A stretch of 64,000 nt of DNA, taken from Octopus bimaculoides (taxonomy: Eukaryota). Within the stretch, counting starts at the first letter, position 1. Each line of letters opens with the position of its first letter. The notes under the pieces were generated by a model. The model worked only from the letters and a program-made list of their open reading frames with translations. It did no database searches and had not been told where the DNA came from. Below are positions 39,166 through 51,409 of the stretch, one piece after another. The stretch spans positions 17,888,542 to 17,952,541 of the forward strand of contig NC_068988.1 of NCBI RefSeq assembly GCF_001194135.2, in the 5' to 3' direction. The translations under genes and the position numbers were made by a program.

Positions 39166-39385
39166 CATCATGCATCATCATCATTTAACGTCCGTTTTCC
39201 ATGCTGACATGGGTGCTTTATACATGGCACCAGTGACACCAGCACCTATGAGCCTACAAAATAAGGGATACTCAGCTGGAGAGTGGGGTTGCTGAGGATG
39301 AGCCTGTTTGCAAGAGTAACCACATTTTTACTTAGCTTGACATGTCTTTCCAAGTACCGCAAATCACTAGGAGTCTCAGTCCTCT
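39166..39385 (-). mobile_element. RTE-type 3' end (family E) with (ATG)n tail
   Basis: catcatcatcatttaacgtccgttttccatgctg...catggg motif shared with 46330, 47070 and 49671. Confidence 0.75.
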
Positions 39386-39387
39386 CC

Positions 39388-39613
39388 CCTGTGAAATGCA
39401 ACATCTATGATAGATTGCTGATCACTACACACATTTTTTTCTCTCCTTGTTTCTCTCTTTGTTTCTCTCTTTGTTTTTTTTTTCTGTGTTCCTCTCTGTG
39501 GAAGAGCTTAGGCTCAAAACATTAAAGACTTTTTCAATTCCCGTGCGTTATACTAATACATTTATTTGTTTTCTACACCACCTGTCTTCGTCTGTTGTTC
39601 TTTTGTGAATTCT

Positions 39614-39619
<6 letters not shown>
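39388..39619 (+). mobile_element. Repeat family B, second and more decayed copy
   Basis: Homologous to 30398-30589; ends in (TA)n. Confidence 0.75.
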
Positions 39620-39672
<53 letters not shown>

Positions 39673-39766
39673 TGTGCGTGTGTGTGTATATATTGAGAGA
39701 TAGATAGATAGATAGATATAGATATACATATGTATGGTAGATATACTGAACCCTCATAGCCTCAAA

Positions 39767-40395
39767 GAATGTAAATATATTCTTTCTATGCTACTTATGT
39801 GCAAAAAAAAAGTGTGTTGATGTCTCCTAACAGACTGTTGTGGTTTGTTGACTGCATCTCAAAGAAAACATATCCAGCTTTTTTCCCCATTCAATAACAT
39901 GAGTCAGTTGCAATATAAAACATTTATAAATTTCAATAGTACTATGGTGGCTAACCAAATTTGCATTTTTATACTTTTGACAGCTAGCTTGTCATTAATT
40001 AAACATTGTTTTATGCACAACACAGCATAAATCAGAATAACTGAAATATATTTAAATGTTAGAAAGTTTCATTGTGTCTTAAATATGAATGTAAGTACAT
40101 TTTTATGCTACTGATGTGTGGAAAATATTGAGAAGAAGTCTCTTAATGAACTGTTTCTTGGTTTGTTGATCACTCTTCAGAGAAGACACATCTAGGTCCC
40201 TTCTGGTCAGCTGCATTTTAAAACAGTTAGAAATTAAGCTAGGACCATGGTGGGTAGCCAAATTTGTATATTTGTATTTTTAACTGCTCTTAATTATTAA
40301 GCAATAACTACTTTATAACCACATGGTGTCATTCAGAAGAAATAAATTAAATTTAAGCATTACACAGCCTTCCTGTCAGTTAAACACATGCATAT
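39767..40395 (+). repeat. Old tandem duplication, two units of about 300-320 bp
   Basis: Collinear anchors gaatgtaa.ta.att, tatgctact.atgtg, ggtttgttga, gtcag.tgca, atggtgg.ta.ccaaatttg and tcagaa in both units; about 70-75% identity by eye. Confidence 0.85.
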
Positions 40396-40783
40396 ACATG
40401 CATATGTAAATATACAAATATATGCATACAAATTGGGGGATAATTATAATACAAGCTATCACCTAGTTAGTATTTCATGTAGGAACCTGGCTAGCATTGG
40501 TTAAACTTCAGTTGATTAAAAATTGGATCACTTTGCAAATCCATTATAAATTTATCTTGTATTGCATGATTACTTGATAAGTTGATTGTATATATATATA
40601 TATATATTTATATAATTATATGTTTGTGCATGTGCATGTGTGCGTGTATGTGTGCGCATGTGGATTCGATTTGTTTGACAGAAACTGAAAGAAGTCTGTA
40701 ACGTGTGTGTGTGTGTGCATGTGTTTGAGTAAACACTACATGACTAGTGACTACCTCATCATGCAATCTTCTGTAAAAATATG

Positions 40784-41429
40784 GGATCTAGTTCAAAATG
40801 GGGGCACCAGTATTTTCTTAACGAAACACTAATGAAACACTTTAAAACTTGGGACACTGGTAGAATGTGTCATATAAAACATCTTTTACTCTTAGTCTTC
40901 TTAACAAAAAAACGTATATCGCAAGTTATTCCATGTTAAAGTTGTCGTATTTCTGTAATTTCAACCAATCACTGACGTCTATTCAGCTGAATAGAGTTAC
41001 TGCTGGGCGGTCATAAAAATGTTATTCCCTGTGATATATTTAATCCGGTTTAATCGTAATTATACGCATATATTGTTTATATAATAAATTACGCCGTGCG
41101 TATCTATGTGTGTAACAATTTTAGAGTTCGGATTCTAGAGTTAGTTAGTTTTAGGGTTAGGGTTAACAGTCTAGTTAGGGTTAGGGTTAGGGGATTAATA
41201 TGATATACACCATTACAGCGCTAACTGTTTTCAACTGAATAGACGTCAGTGATTAGTAGAAATTATCGAAATAAGACAATTTTTTACATGAAATAAATTC
41301 GAATACAAAAATGTTTTTCTGTTCTATAACACAAAATAGATAAGTATATGAAGTTTGAAAGTCTTTCGGTACCAAAAACACTACATAAAACATAAATGAA
41401 AACTGGTGCCCCCGTTTTGAACAAGATCC
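40784..41429. mobile_element. 646-bp non-autonomous DNA transposon (Merlin- or MULE-like) with internal TTAGGG repeats
   Basis: Termini GGATCTAGTTCAAAATGGGGGCACCAGT / ACTGGTGCCCCCGTTTTGAACAAGATCC (2 mismatches in 28); exact 8-bp TSD AAAATATG (40776-40783, 41430-41437); imperfect arms extend about 200 bp. Confidence 0.9.
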
Positions 41430-41692
41430 AAAATATGTTTAACTATGGGAAAATATTAACCTGCTTGTAAATAGGTGTTAACTGATAACAGGTAGAGCAT
41501 CCAACCATAGAGAACCTGCCTCATCAAATTCTATCTGATTCATACTAGCATGGAAAATTGGACATTAAATGATGATGGCAGGTACATGTAAATTAATGCA
41601 ACATATTCTAAATGTGTGTTCTTCCTCATCTAATTATACATTACCTATCACTACATGTCATGTAGATTAAACACTAGGTTACAAGTTGTGTA

Positions 41693-41730
<38 letters not shown>

Positions 41731-41738
41731 AATCGTCA

Positions 41739-41777
<39 letters not shown>

Positions 41778-41975
41778 CTTACAGTCATATTGCATTGAAT
41801 GCACCAGTTCAGATTTGATCACTGAAGTTAAGCAATGTCAAGCCTAATTAGTAGTTGGATGGATGACCTAGGTGCTGTTAGCATATCACTTTTATTAGCA
41901 TTACAATACCCCAGCATGGCTGCAACCCTTAAGCTTAAACAAGGAAATGTGTATGTGTGTGGGGGGTGTTTACAA

Positions 41976-42377
41976 TACTCTTTTACTCTTTTACTTGTTT
42001 CAGTCATTTGACTGCGGCCATGGTGGAGCACCGCCTTTAGTCGAGCAAATCGACCCCAGGACTTATTCTTGTAAGCCTAGTACTTATTCTATCGGTCTCT
42101 TTTCGCCGAGCCGCTAAGTTACGGGAATGTAAACACACCACCATCGGTTGTCAAGCGATGGTGGGGGGACAAACACAGACACACAAACACACACACAAAT
42201 ATATATATATATACATATATATACGACGAGCTTCCGTCTACCAAATCCACTCGCAAAGCTTTGGTCGGCCCGAGGCTACAGTGGAAGACACTTGCCCAAG
42301 GTGCCATGCAGTGGAACTGAACCCGGAACCATGTGGTTCATAAGCAAGCTACTTACCACACCGCCACTCCTATGCCT
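41976..42377 (-). mobile_element. Full-length SINE family A
   Basis: Complete tail, body, central (CA)/(TA) tract and head. Confidence 0.95.
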
Positions 42378-43299
42378 ATGTCTACATTTTATCCTGTAAA
42401 TAATGTGTTTTTATGACACCTCTTTCATTCATTCATATTCTCTTGACATAGGCCACTGGTAAAATAGCCCATGGTTGTAAACTTGTAAGCAAATGGTTGT
42501 AAACCCATGATGGATTATATTTCTATGGTAAGCTTCTTTAAATCTTCCTAACATGGGAAAACAAATTGATGATGGTGATAATGATGACATCTATTTCATA
42601 TTTATGATAGTAAGATACTTTGATCTACATGTCTAAGTTCACGTCATCTTCAGTGACTGCCACATGTACAGGATTGATACTTTATTTGTTAACTCATTAA
42701 AGGATGAATGGCAAATTTGATTTTGATGGTATTTGAACTTAGAGCAGAGGGCACTGAACTGATTACTGCAAAGCATCCTAAGCAATACACTAACAACTCC
42801 ACCATCTGATTCCCTTGTATGTTTATGAGTATATCTGTGTGCGCATTTATATGTGTGTGTTTGTGAGTACACACACACGCACGTACACAAGATTATACAC
42901 TCATGCAGTTTCGTTCATACTTTCTGTCCCTCACTTGTTCATACACACATGTGCACACTCAATACACACACTCAATACACACACACACACATACACGTGC
43001 ACAAAATCATAGTCATGCAGTTTCCTTTACATTTTCTGTCCCTCACTTTTTCATACACACATGTGCCCACACAATGCACATACACACACACATACATGTA
43101 CACACACGCCTACACACGCATGCACATGAATGAATGCATTGAAGCCAATTTGGAGGAAAAAAACAATTATTGACCATTGAGAAAACATTGATTAATTCTC
43201 CGACATTCATAATCAACATATTGATGATGTTGGGTTGTGGTAGATAGTGCTGTAACTACCACTGTTTTTGTATCTACTGGAACTGATATTCTGCTGCAG

Positions 43300-43684
43300 C
43301 TGGTGGTGGTGGTAGCAGTAGTAGTAGCAGCGGTGGCAATGGTGGTAGAAGGTGGTGGTGGCAAGGTGCTACTACAGTGGTTATAGTGGTGGTGGTGGTG
43401 GCGGCAGCAATAGTAGTAGTAGTAGTAATAGTAGCTGGTGTTGTTGGTACTGTTGCAATCATCAAACAATAACTGGACAAAGAAAAATTACCACTACTAC
43501 TACTGCCACGTCCACTGCTGTTACAATAACTACTTCTACTTCTACTACTTCTACTACCACCACCACAGGTAATACTACTACTGTCGCAATTATTACCACC
43601 ACTACCACCACCACCACAGATACTGCTACTGCCACTGTTACTACCACCATGATTACTGCTGCTGCTGCTACTACTACTACTACA

Positions 43685-43719
<35 letters not shown>

Positions 43720-43740
43720 CACTACTACTACTACTACTAT
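43300..43740. repeat. GGT/AGT-rich block followed by a complementary ACC/ACT-rich block
   Basis: Read directly; source of the poly-T/S/V ORFs in the track. Confidence 0.9.
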
Positions 43741-44010
43741 GGGCATGCTGGATGTTTGAGTTAATTGTATACTGATTAGAATGCCTTGTGGTATAAATTA
43801 GACCCTTTTTTTTTTTTTTTGTGAGTACAAAAATACATATTCTGAGTTCAAAGCCCATCATGATCAACACTGCTTTCCATCACTCCAAGGTCAATATAAT
43901 ACAATGCCAGTAACAAACTGATTGAGTTGATACTTTGAATTTCCCTAATAACTGTGTGGCACAAGGCCACACCGGGTAATCAATATTACTATTAAAACTA
44001 CACTAGATTT

Positions 44011-44880
44011 GGTGGATTGGCAGTATCATGAGAGCAGCAGACAAAATGTCCTGCAGTATTTCTTTGAGCTTTTTAGGGTGTGGCTTCAAATCCTGCCCCT
44101 AACAACTTAGCTTCTCATCTTTTCAGGATCATTAAAATAAAGTACCAGTCAAGAACTAGTTTCAATGTAATTAGCTAACTTGTTTCCATCAAAAACTGCT
44201 GGCTTTGTGTCTAAATTAAAAGCAATTAGTATTACAGCTTGGATATAAGGTAGTGGTGAGCTAGCAGAATCGTAAGCATGCCACACCAAATGAGCAGAAG
44301 CATTTCTTACAGCCCTTTACATTCTGAGTTCAAATACTGCCATGGTTAACTTTGCCTTCCATTATTTTGAGGACAATAAAACAAGTACTAGTTGATCTTA
44401 TCCCGCTTCTACAAAATTTCAGGCCTTGTGCCTATAGCATTTGTTAGTGCATCAGAAAAAATACTTAATGTTATTTCTTCTGACCCTTAATGTTCTGAGC
44501 TCAAATTCCACTGAAGTCAACATTGCCTTTCATCCTTTTGTGGTTGATAATATAAGTACCAGTTACACACTGGGATCAATGTAATCAATTTACCCACTAC
44601 TCTAAAATGACTAGCCTTATGCTGCCACAATGTAAAACCATTATTGACTAGGATGGGCATTGGCTTGCCTGAACCATTAAAGCATCAGACAAAAAACCTT
44701 GTAGCATTTCTTCCAGGTTTTGTACATTTTGAGTTCAAATGTTGCAAAAACCAACTTTGTCTTTCATCATTTCAGGGTTGATAAAATAAGTTAGCAGTCA
44801 AGTACTGGGGTCAATACAATCGATTGATCTCCTTCACCTAAATTTCTGGCCCAATACCTAAATTGGAGACAATTATTACA
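44011..44880 (+). mobile_element. Four old head-to-tail SINE family C copies
   Basis: Units at about 44011, 44248, 44440 and 44652, each with a gagttcaaat-like B-box, actttgccttc/cattgcctttcatc-like segment and taaaataagtac-like segment. Confidence 0.8.
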
Positions 44881-45047
44881 ACTAGACCTTTATCTCTCTT
44901 TTTAGCTCTATCCCTTTTACTTTCACTCACTCTTGCATAATGCAAGAAGCTAGGTATTTCCTCTACCACAAAGACCCTATTCCAGATCTTCCTTTGGACT
45001 TTTAACATAAAGCTGCCTACCTCTTAACTGTAATCACACTCAGTCAT

Positions 45048-45432
45048 TTTGTTGGCACTCCGTCGCTTACAACGTCAAGGGTTCCAGTTGATCCGATCAA
45101 CGAAACAGCCTGCTCGTGAAATTAACGTGAAAGTGGCTGAGCACTCCACAGACACGTGTACCCTTAACGTAGTTCTCGGGGATATTCAGCGTGACTCAGT
45201 GTGACAAGGCTGACCCTTTGAATTACAGGCACAACAGAAACAGGAAGTAAGAGTGAGAGAAAGTTGTGGTGAAAGAGTACAGCAGGGTTCGCCACCATCC
45301 CCTGCCGGAGCCTTGTGGAGCTTTAGGTGTTTTCGCTCAATAAACACTCACAACGCCCGGTCTGGGAATTGAAACCGCGATCCTATTACTGAGAGTTTGC
45401 TGCCCTAACCACTGGGCCATTGCGCCTCCACG
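45048..45432 (-). mobile_element. Full-length tRNA-derived SINE family H with a 12-bp TSD
   Basis: Head tggaggcgcaaTGGCCCAGTGGttagggcag...GGTTTCAATTCCC; 3' end ...gtgccaacaaa; TSD ACACTCAGTCAT at 45036-45047 and 45433-45444. Confidence 0.93.
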
Positions 45433-46329
45433 ACACTCAGTCATAGGAGATGTTAATCTTCCAAGTTACATGTTTTATTTTGTTTTTGTTGTGGCACCAG
45501 CACTAGTGAAAGTGCCATGTTATTTGCAAGACTAAGATCTCTGATGACTGTGTGGAGCTACACTATAGTACACTCAGCAACAAAGAGGTTGGCTCAGTCT
45601 TAGAAACCATGTCAAAGCAGAGAATGAAACACACAACACTCCCTACAACCTGTTGGATACTGTCAGGTCATCCAGCCATCCAACCATTCAATCCATGTCT
45701 GCACGAAAGACAGAGGATAAAAGATTATAAGAACGGTGTGGTGACTGAACTAAGAGAGTTTCATACTTGATGCCCTGTAGTGTTTACTTATATTCTTTTT
45801 CATTTATCTATTATTTTCTGCATTCAAATACTGTCAAAGAAGACATGGATTATTATTCCTTCAGGGCCAAAATATAGAATTACCAGTTATACATTGTAAA
45901 TTATTTCATATAATGATTAAAGCCCTTTCATATAGATTTGAGGTCGTACACCAATGTTAGTAATGAATCTTACTTCCACTACTGCTGCTGCTGCTACTGC
46001 TAGAAAAGCTGTCGCTGTTGCAACACCAAGTCTACTATTATTGCATTGTTGTATCTTTTTATTAGTGATATTATACACAAGAACAGACATGAAGAAGTTT
46101 GCTTTCTAAGAAGCTGTTTCAGATTCAATCCCACTGTGTCATACCTGGGGCAAATCTTTTCTATTGTAGCCCAAGGCCAACCCACACCACCAATGCCCTG
46201 TAAGTGAATTTAGTTGACAAAAGATGTTCAATATAAACACAACACATATGTACACACATATATATTATTATATGTATATATGTGCATATGTGTGTACACG
46301 CGCGTGTATGTGTGTGTGTACATACATTT

Positions 46330-46445
46330 ATCACCATCATCATTTAACGTCCATTTTCCATGCTGGCATGGGTTGGACTCTTTGACAGGTGTTGGTGTTG
46401 GCTTGGCAGGAGACTGTGTCAGGCTTCAATGTCTGTTTTGGCATT
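46330..46445 (-). mobile_element. RTE-type 3' end (family E), short
   Basis: catcatcatttaacgtccattttccatgctggcatgggttggac. Confidence 0.8.
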
Positions 46446-46518
46446 TGTATTAATATATGTAAATTTACATATATAGTATATAAACATATATTTATATACA
46501 TATGTGTGTGTGTATATG

Positions 46519-46564
<46 letters not shown>

Positions 46565-47069
46565 NNNNNNNNNNNNNNNNNNNNNNNNNNNNNNNNNNNN
46601 NNNNNNNNNNNNNNNNNNNNNNNNNNNNNNNNNNNNNNNNNNNNNNNNNNNNNNNNNNNNNNNNNNNNNNNNNNNNNNNNNNNNNNNNNNNNNNNNNNNN
46701 NNNNNNNNNNNNNNNNNNNNNNNNNNNNNNNNNNNNNNNNNNNNNNNNNNNNNNNNNNNNNNNNNNNNNNNNNNNNNNNNNNNNNNNNNNNNNNNNNNNN
46801 NNNNNNNNNNNNNNNNNNNNNNNNNNNNNNNNNNNNNNNNNNNNNNNNNNNNNNNNNNNNNNNNNNNNNNNNNNNNNNNNNNNNNNNNNNNNNNNNNNNN
46901 NNNNNNNNNNNNNNNNNNNNNNNNNNNNNNNNNNNNNNNNNNNNNNNNNNNNNNNNNNNNNNNNNNNNNNNNNNNNNNNNNNNNNNNNNNNNNNNNNNNN
47001 NNNNNNNNNNNNNNNNNNNNNNNNNNNNNNNNNNNNNATATATATATAAATTACTGGTATTTGTATATA

Positions 47070-47364
47070 CATCATCATCATTTAATATCCGTTGTCCATG
47101 CAAGCATGTGTTGGACAGTTTCACTGGGCTGGCACACTGGAAGGCTGCACCAGACTCCAGTCTGACTTGGCATGGTTTACTATGGCTGGATGCCCTTCCT
47201 AATGCCAACCACTCTGAGAGTGTAATTGGTGCATTTCCATGCCACTGGCACAGGTGCCATTTGTGTGACACCAGGGTTCGTTTACATGCCATTAGCACAG
47301 GTGCCAATGTGCTTGACACTGTCATCTGCCATGACTGCAATCTTTCGCAGCTTGATGTGTGTTC
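47070..47364 (-). mobile_element. RTE-type 3' end (family E)
   Basis: Contains ggatgcccttcctaatgccaaccact, resembling the GGATGCCCTTCC motif I associate with Rex3/Expander-type RTE 3' ends. Confidence 0.8.
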
Positions 47365-47368
47365 TTAA

Positions 47369-47589
47369 CCATTTCGTTACTGTATTTATTTTGAGATGCT
47401 ATGTGTTTCTTTTAATTATTTTAAATATAACAAAGAATTTAGTAAAATAACTTGGTTATCATTAAGCTAATGTTAGGAACCTAAATTTTGACTAAGGTTT
47501 GGTGGAAGATTTTAATTCAAAACTTATGTAAACAAGACATTTGTACTACAGAGCCAGAGCCGCTTTCAGCCGGGTTGGTAACGAAAGGG
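47369..47589. mobile_element. piggyBac-type MITE, 221 bp
   Basis: TTAA on both sides (47365-47368, 47590-47593); TIRs ccatttcgttac / gtaacgaaaggg. Confidence 0.85.
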
Positions 47590-47759
47590 TTAAGCATGAC
47601 ATAATGCTAAAGGTCTTCATCATTGTCTCGATGAGGCCCACACACATATATATCTATAGACATACAGATATGATGGGCTTCTTCTCAGTTTCCATTTACA
47701 CAGTTCTCAGAAAGCATTGGACATACTGAGGCTACATTAGAAAGCACAATGAAAAGTAG

Positions 47760-47790
<31 letters not shown>

Positions 47791-48233
47791 CAGTTGAAAA
47801 ACACAGTGGGAAAGACTTATTTAAAACGACGTGCATTGGGATCAAAACCTAGAAACACAGTTTTGAAGTCAACATATAAACCACATGGCTATGCATGTGC
47901 CTCTAATAATGTTACTACTGTTACAACTTAATGCTGCAGCTACTAGAATTAGTGCTGCTAACATTGGAATATATAACTAGTAAAATATCATATGCCTTGA
48001 ATAAGAGAACGGGTTCTAGTGAAATATTATAAATGCATAACGATTCACATACATCAGTTACTAATGCTGCTACCACTACTGCTCCTGCTGCTACTTCTGT
48101 TACTACTACTACTACTGATACTACTACTGCTGCTGCTGCTACTACTGCTGCTGCTGCTGCTGCTGCTGTTGTTGCTTCCGCTATTACTACCACTACTACC
48201 ACTACCACCACTACCACTACCACTACTACCACA

Positions 48234-48267
<34 letters not shown>

Positions 48268-48434
48268 NNNNNNNNNNNNNNNNNNNNNNNNNNNNNNNNN
48301 NNNNNNNNNNNNNNNNNNNNNNNNNNNNNNNNNNNNNNNNNNNNNNNNNNNNNNNNNNNNNNNNNNNACCAAAATTGTTCAATAATATAAACCTTTCAGT
48401 TATATATATATGGGGATGAATATGAACAACACCT

Positions 48435-48945
48435 TGTTTCACATATATATCACCAGTATGCTGGCAATGTGCAGGCAAATGGCCAGACAGATTCTAAAAG
48501 CTTTCAGAAGAAAGTGTCAAGAAACCATGCTGTCCTCTCTATGGAGAGGACATTCGTCCTCTTGTCATCTGGACTACTGCTCTCAATCATTGTTACCCCA
48601 CAGTGTCAAATTAGTGGAACTGAGAGAAGTTCAGTAGTGCTACACCTGGCAGATTGCATCGATGGAACAGCTGAGCTACTGGGAAAGACTGAAAGAGCTA
48701 TGACTCTACTCCCTAGAGTGAAGATGGGAGAGATATGCAGTGAAATACGTATGGAAGATTCTTGAGGTGTTGGCACCAAACTAACATCAAGAGCTACACC
48801 AGCTCCTGAAATGAACATCACTGCACTGTTCTCAAGGTCTCAGTAATCCTGTCTAAAGTGAGGATCATGTTCTGCAATAGCTTGATGATTCATGGGGCCA
48901 CAGCTATTTAATACCTTACTGAAGCATCTGAGATAGCTATATGGA
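48435..48945 (+). mobile_element. CR1-type LINE remnant (RT C-terminal region, frameshifted)
   Basis: Conceptual translation HLDYCSQSLLPH...LREVQ, then QLSYWERLKEL*LYSLE*RWERYAVKYVWKILE and GPQLFNTLLKHLR, matching the LEYC..vWsP / LsYeERLk.L.L.sLE.RR pattern of CR1-clade elements. Confidence 0.88.
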
Positions 48946-48998
48946 GTGGGCATTCATATATAAAACATAAATACAACTGTATATGTAAGTATATTTTA

Positions 48999-49156
48999 GA
49001 GTGGCTGTGTGGTAAGTAGCTTGCTTACCAATCACATGGTTCTGGGTTCAGTCTCACTGCGTAGCACCTTGGGCAAGTGTTTTCTACTACAGCCTCAGGC
49101 CGACCAAAGCCTTGTGAATGGATTTGGTAGACGGAAACCGAAAGAAGCCCGTCGTA

Positions 49157-49237
<81 letters not shown>

Positions 49238-49458
49238 ATATGTTTGTGTGTCTGTGTTTGTCCCCCCAACATCACTTGACAACCGATGCTGGTGTGTTTA
49301 CGTCCCCATAACTTAGCGGTTCAGCTAAAGAGACCGATAGAATAAGTACTAGGCTTACAAAGAATAAGTCCTGTGGTTGATTAGCTCGACTAAAAAGGTA
49401 GTGCTCCAGCATGGTTACAGTCAAGTGACAGAAACAAGTAAAAGAATAAAAAGAGAAT
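48999..49458 (+). mobile_element. Full-length SINE family A
   Basis: Head gagtggctgtgtggtaagtagc, central (TA)n, body and aaagaa/aaagag tail. Confidence 0.95.
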
Positions 49459-49670
49459 ATCTAGCCAAAAAGAGAATATCTAGTTTTGTTTATTTATCTG
49501 CACCTTTATCTTTAAACCTGCTCACCTGGATTCCTCTTATAGTCACTCTTCACCCTGCAAACTTAGACATCAGTAAAGATTTTGAGGTGTAAGTTCAAAT
49601 CTGTTGAACACTACTAAGTTATTTCTATATTGAGCATCTCTGGTTTTCACCTGTTGACTATGAATATACT

Positions 49671-49935
49671 ATCATTATCCTCATCATCATCAAATAACGT
49701 CTGTTTTCCATGCTAGCATGGGTTGGACGGTTTGACTAAGGTTTGGAGAGCCAGCGGCAGACCTAGGCTCCAATCTAGTCTGGCAGAGTTTCTACAGCTG
49801 GATGCCCTTCCTAACGCCAACCACTCCGAGAGTGCAGTGGGTGTTTTTTATGTGCCACTGGCACAGGAGCCAGTAAGGCAGGCCTGGCAATGATCACGTT
49901 TGGATGGTGCTTTTTATGTGCCACTAGCACATGAG
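49671..49935 (-). mobile_element. RTE-type 3' end (family E)
   Basis: (CAT)n end, catgggttggacggtttgac and ggatgcccttcctaacgccaaccactccgagagtg. Confidence 0.85.
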
Positions 49936-49959
49936 TCAATTAGTGTTTACTGGCTTTGG

Positions 49960-49991
<32 letters not shown>

Positions 49992-50725
49992 NNNNNNNNN
50001 NNNNNNNNNNNNNNNNNNNNNNNNNNNNNNNNNNNNNNNNNNNNNNNNNNNNNNNNNNNNNNNNNNNNNNNNNNNNNNNNNNNNNNNNNNNNNNNNNNNN
50101 NNNNNNNNNNNNNNNNNNNNNNNNNNNNNNNNNNNNNNNNNNNNNNNNNNNNNNNNNNNNNNNNNNNNNNNNNNNNNNNNNNNNNNNNNNNNNNNNNNNN
50201 NNNNNNNNNNNNNNNNNNNNNNNNNNNNNNNNNNNNNNNNNNNNNNNNNNNNNNNNNNNNNNNNNNNNNNNNNNNNNNNNNNNNNNNNNNNNNNNNNNNN
50301 NNNNNNNNNNNNNNNNNNNNNNNNNNNNNNNNNNNNNNNNNNNNNNNNNNNNNNNNNNNNNNNNNNNNNNNNNNNNNNNNNNNNNNNNNNNNNNNNNNNN
50401 NNNNNNNNNNNNNNNNNNNNNNNNNNNNNNNNNNNNNNNNNNNNNNNNNNNNNNNNNNNNNNNNNNNNNNNNNNNNNNNNNNNNNNNNNNNNNNNNNNNN
50501 NNNNNNNNNNNNNNNNNNNNNNNNNNNNNNNNNNNNNNNNNNNNNNNNNNNNNNNNNNNNNNNNNNNNNNNNNNNNNNNNNNNNNNNNNNNNNNNNNNNN
50601 NNNNNNNNNNNNNNNNNNNNNNNNNNNNNNNNNNNNNNNNNNNNNNNNNNNNNNNNNNNNNNNNNNNNNNNNNNNNNNNNNNNNNNNNNNNNNNNNNNNN
50701 NNNNNNNNNNNNNNNNNNNNNNNNN

Positions 50726-50777
<52 letters not shown>

Positions 50778-51409
50778 GTATACATACATACAATATTCAA
50801 TATACACACACGTGCACACACACGTGCACACACACACACACACACACACGTATGATACTGAAAAGTTTGGCTTAAAATACATATATGCTCTCTCTATTTT
50901 ATTAATACTGTATATACGTGTGTGTGTATGTGTGTTTTGTAATATTTAACAGTGAGTGGTAATATAGAAAAACCAGAGACGATTCATCGCTATTCTAGAG
51001 TGAATAAGTGTATTAATACAGTATAATTGCGTTAGTTGATCATCCATTACCGAACGGTTTTTCATTTGAAATTTTTTTTTCATGACCTTGTTGTCATCCT
51101 TATAAATTATGAAATCGTATGTCATGCGCACAGACCTATAAGAGTGATAACACTTGAATATTTCGAAAGTGGCACCCTTCCTTATATGTAGCATATGAAA
51201 TCATATTCAATTTGGATGTAAGGGGAGTAATTCAGTTGACTGAAACAATTTAAAGGAAAATTTTAACTTCTCGGTTTGATGAGAAAATCAAGTACCGTAA
51301 ATTGAAATAGACATCTCGAAAATAAAGTATTGACTATATATGTATAAATATAATATATACAAATAATATATAGTTATTCAGTAGATTTTTGGAACTTCGA
51401 CAAAAGATT

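Noticed and set aside
41151-41192. TTAGGG run as a chromosome end or fusion relic
   Set aside because: Only five units, and they lie inside a TSD-bounded transposon.
45400-45432. tRNA-like A and B boxes in SINE heads (families A, C, F, H)
   Set aside because: No cloverleaf or anticodon arm; they are SINE promoters, not tRNA genes.
43274-48419. Thr/Ser/Ala-rich ORFs (43274-43870, 43352-43759, 48033-48419) that look mucin-like
   Set aside because: Pure trinucleotide repeats open in several frames on both strands, with no splice or domain context.
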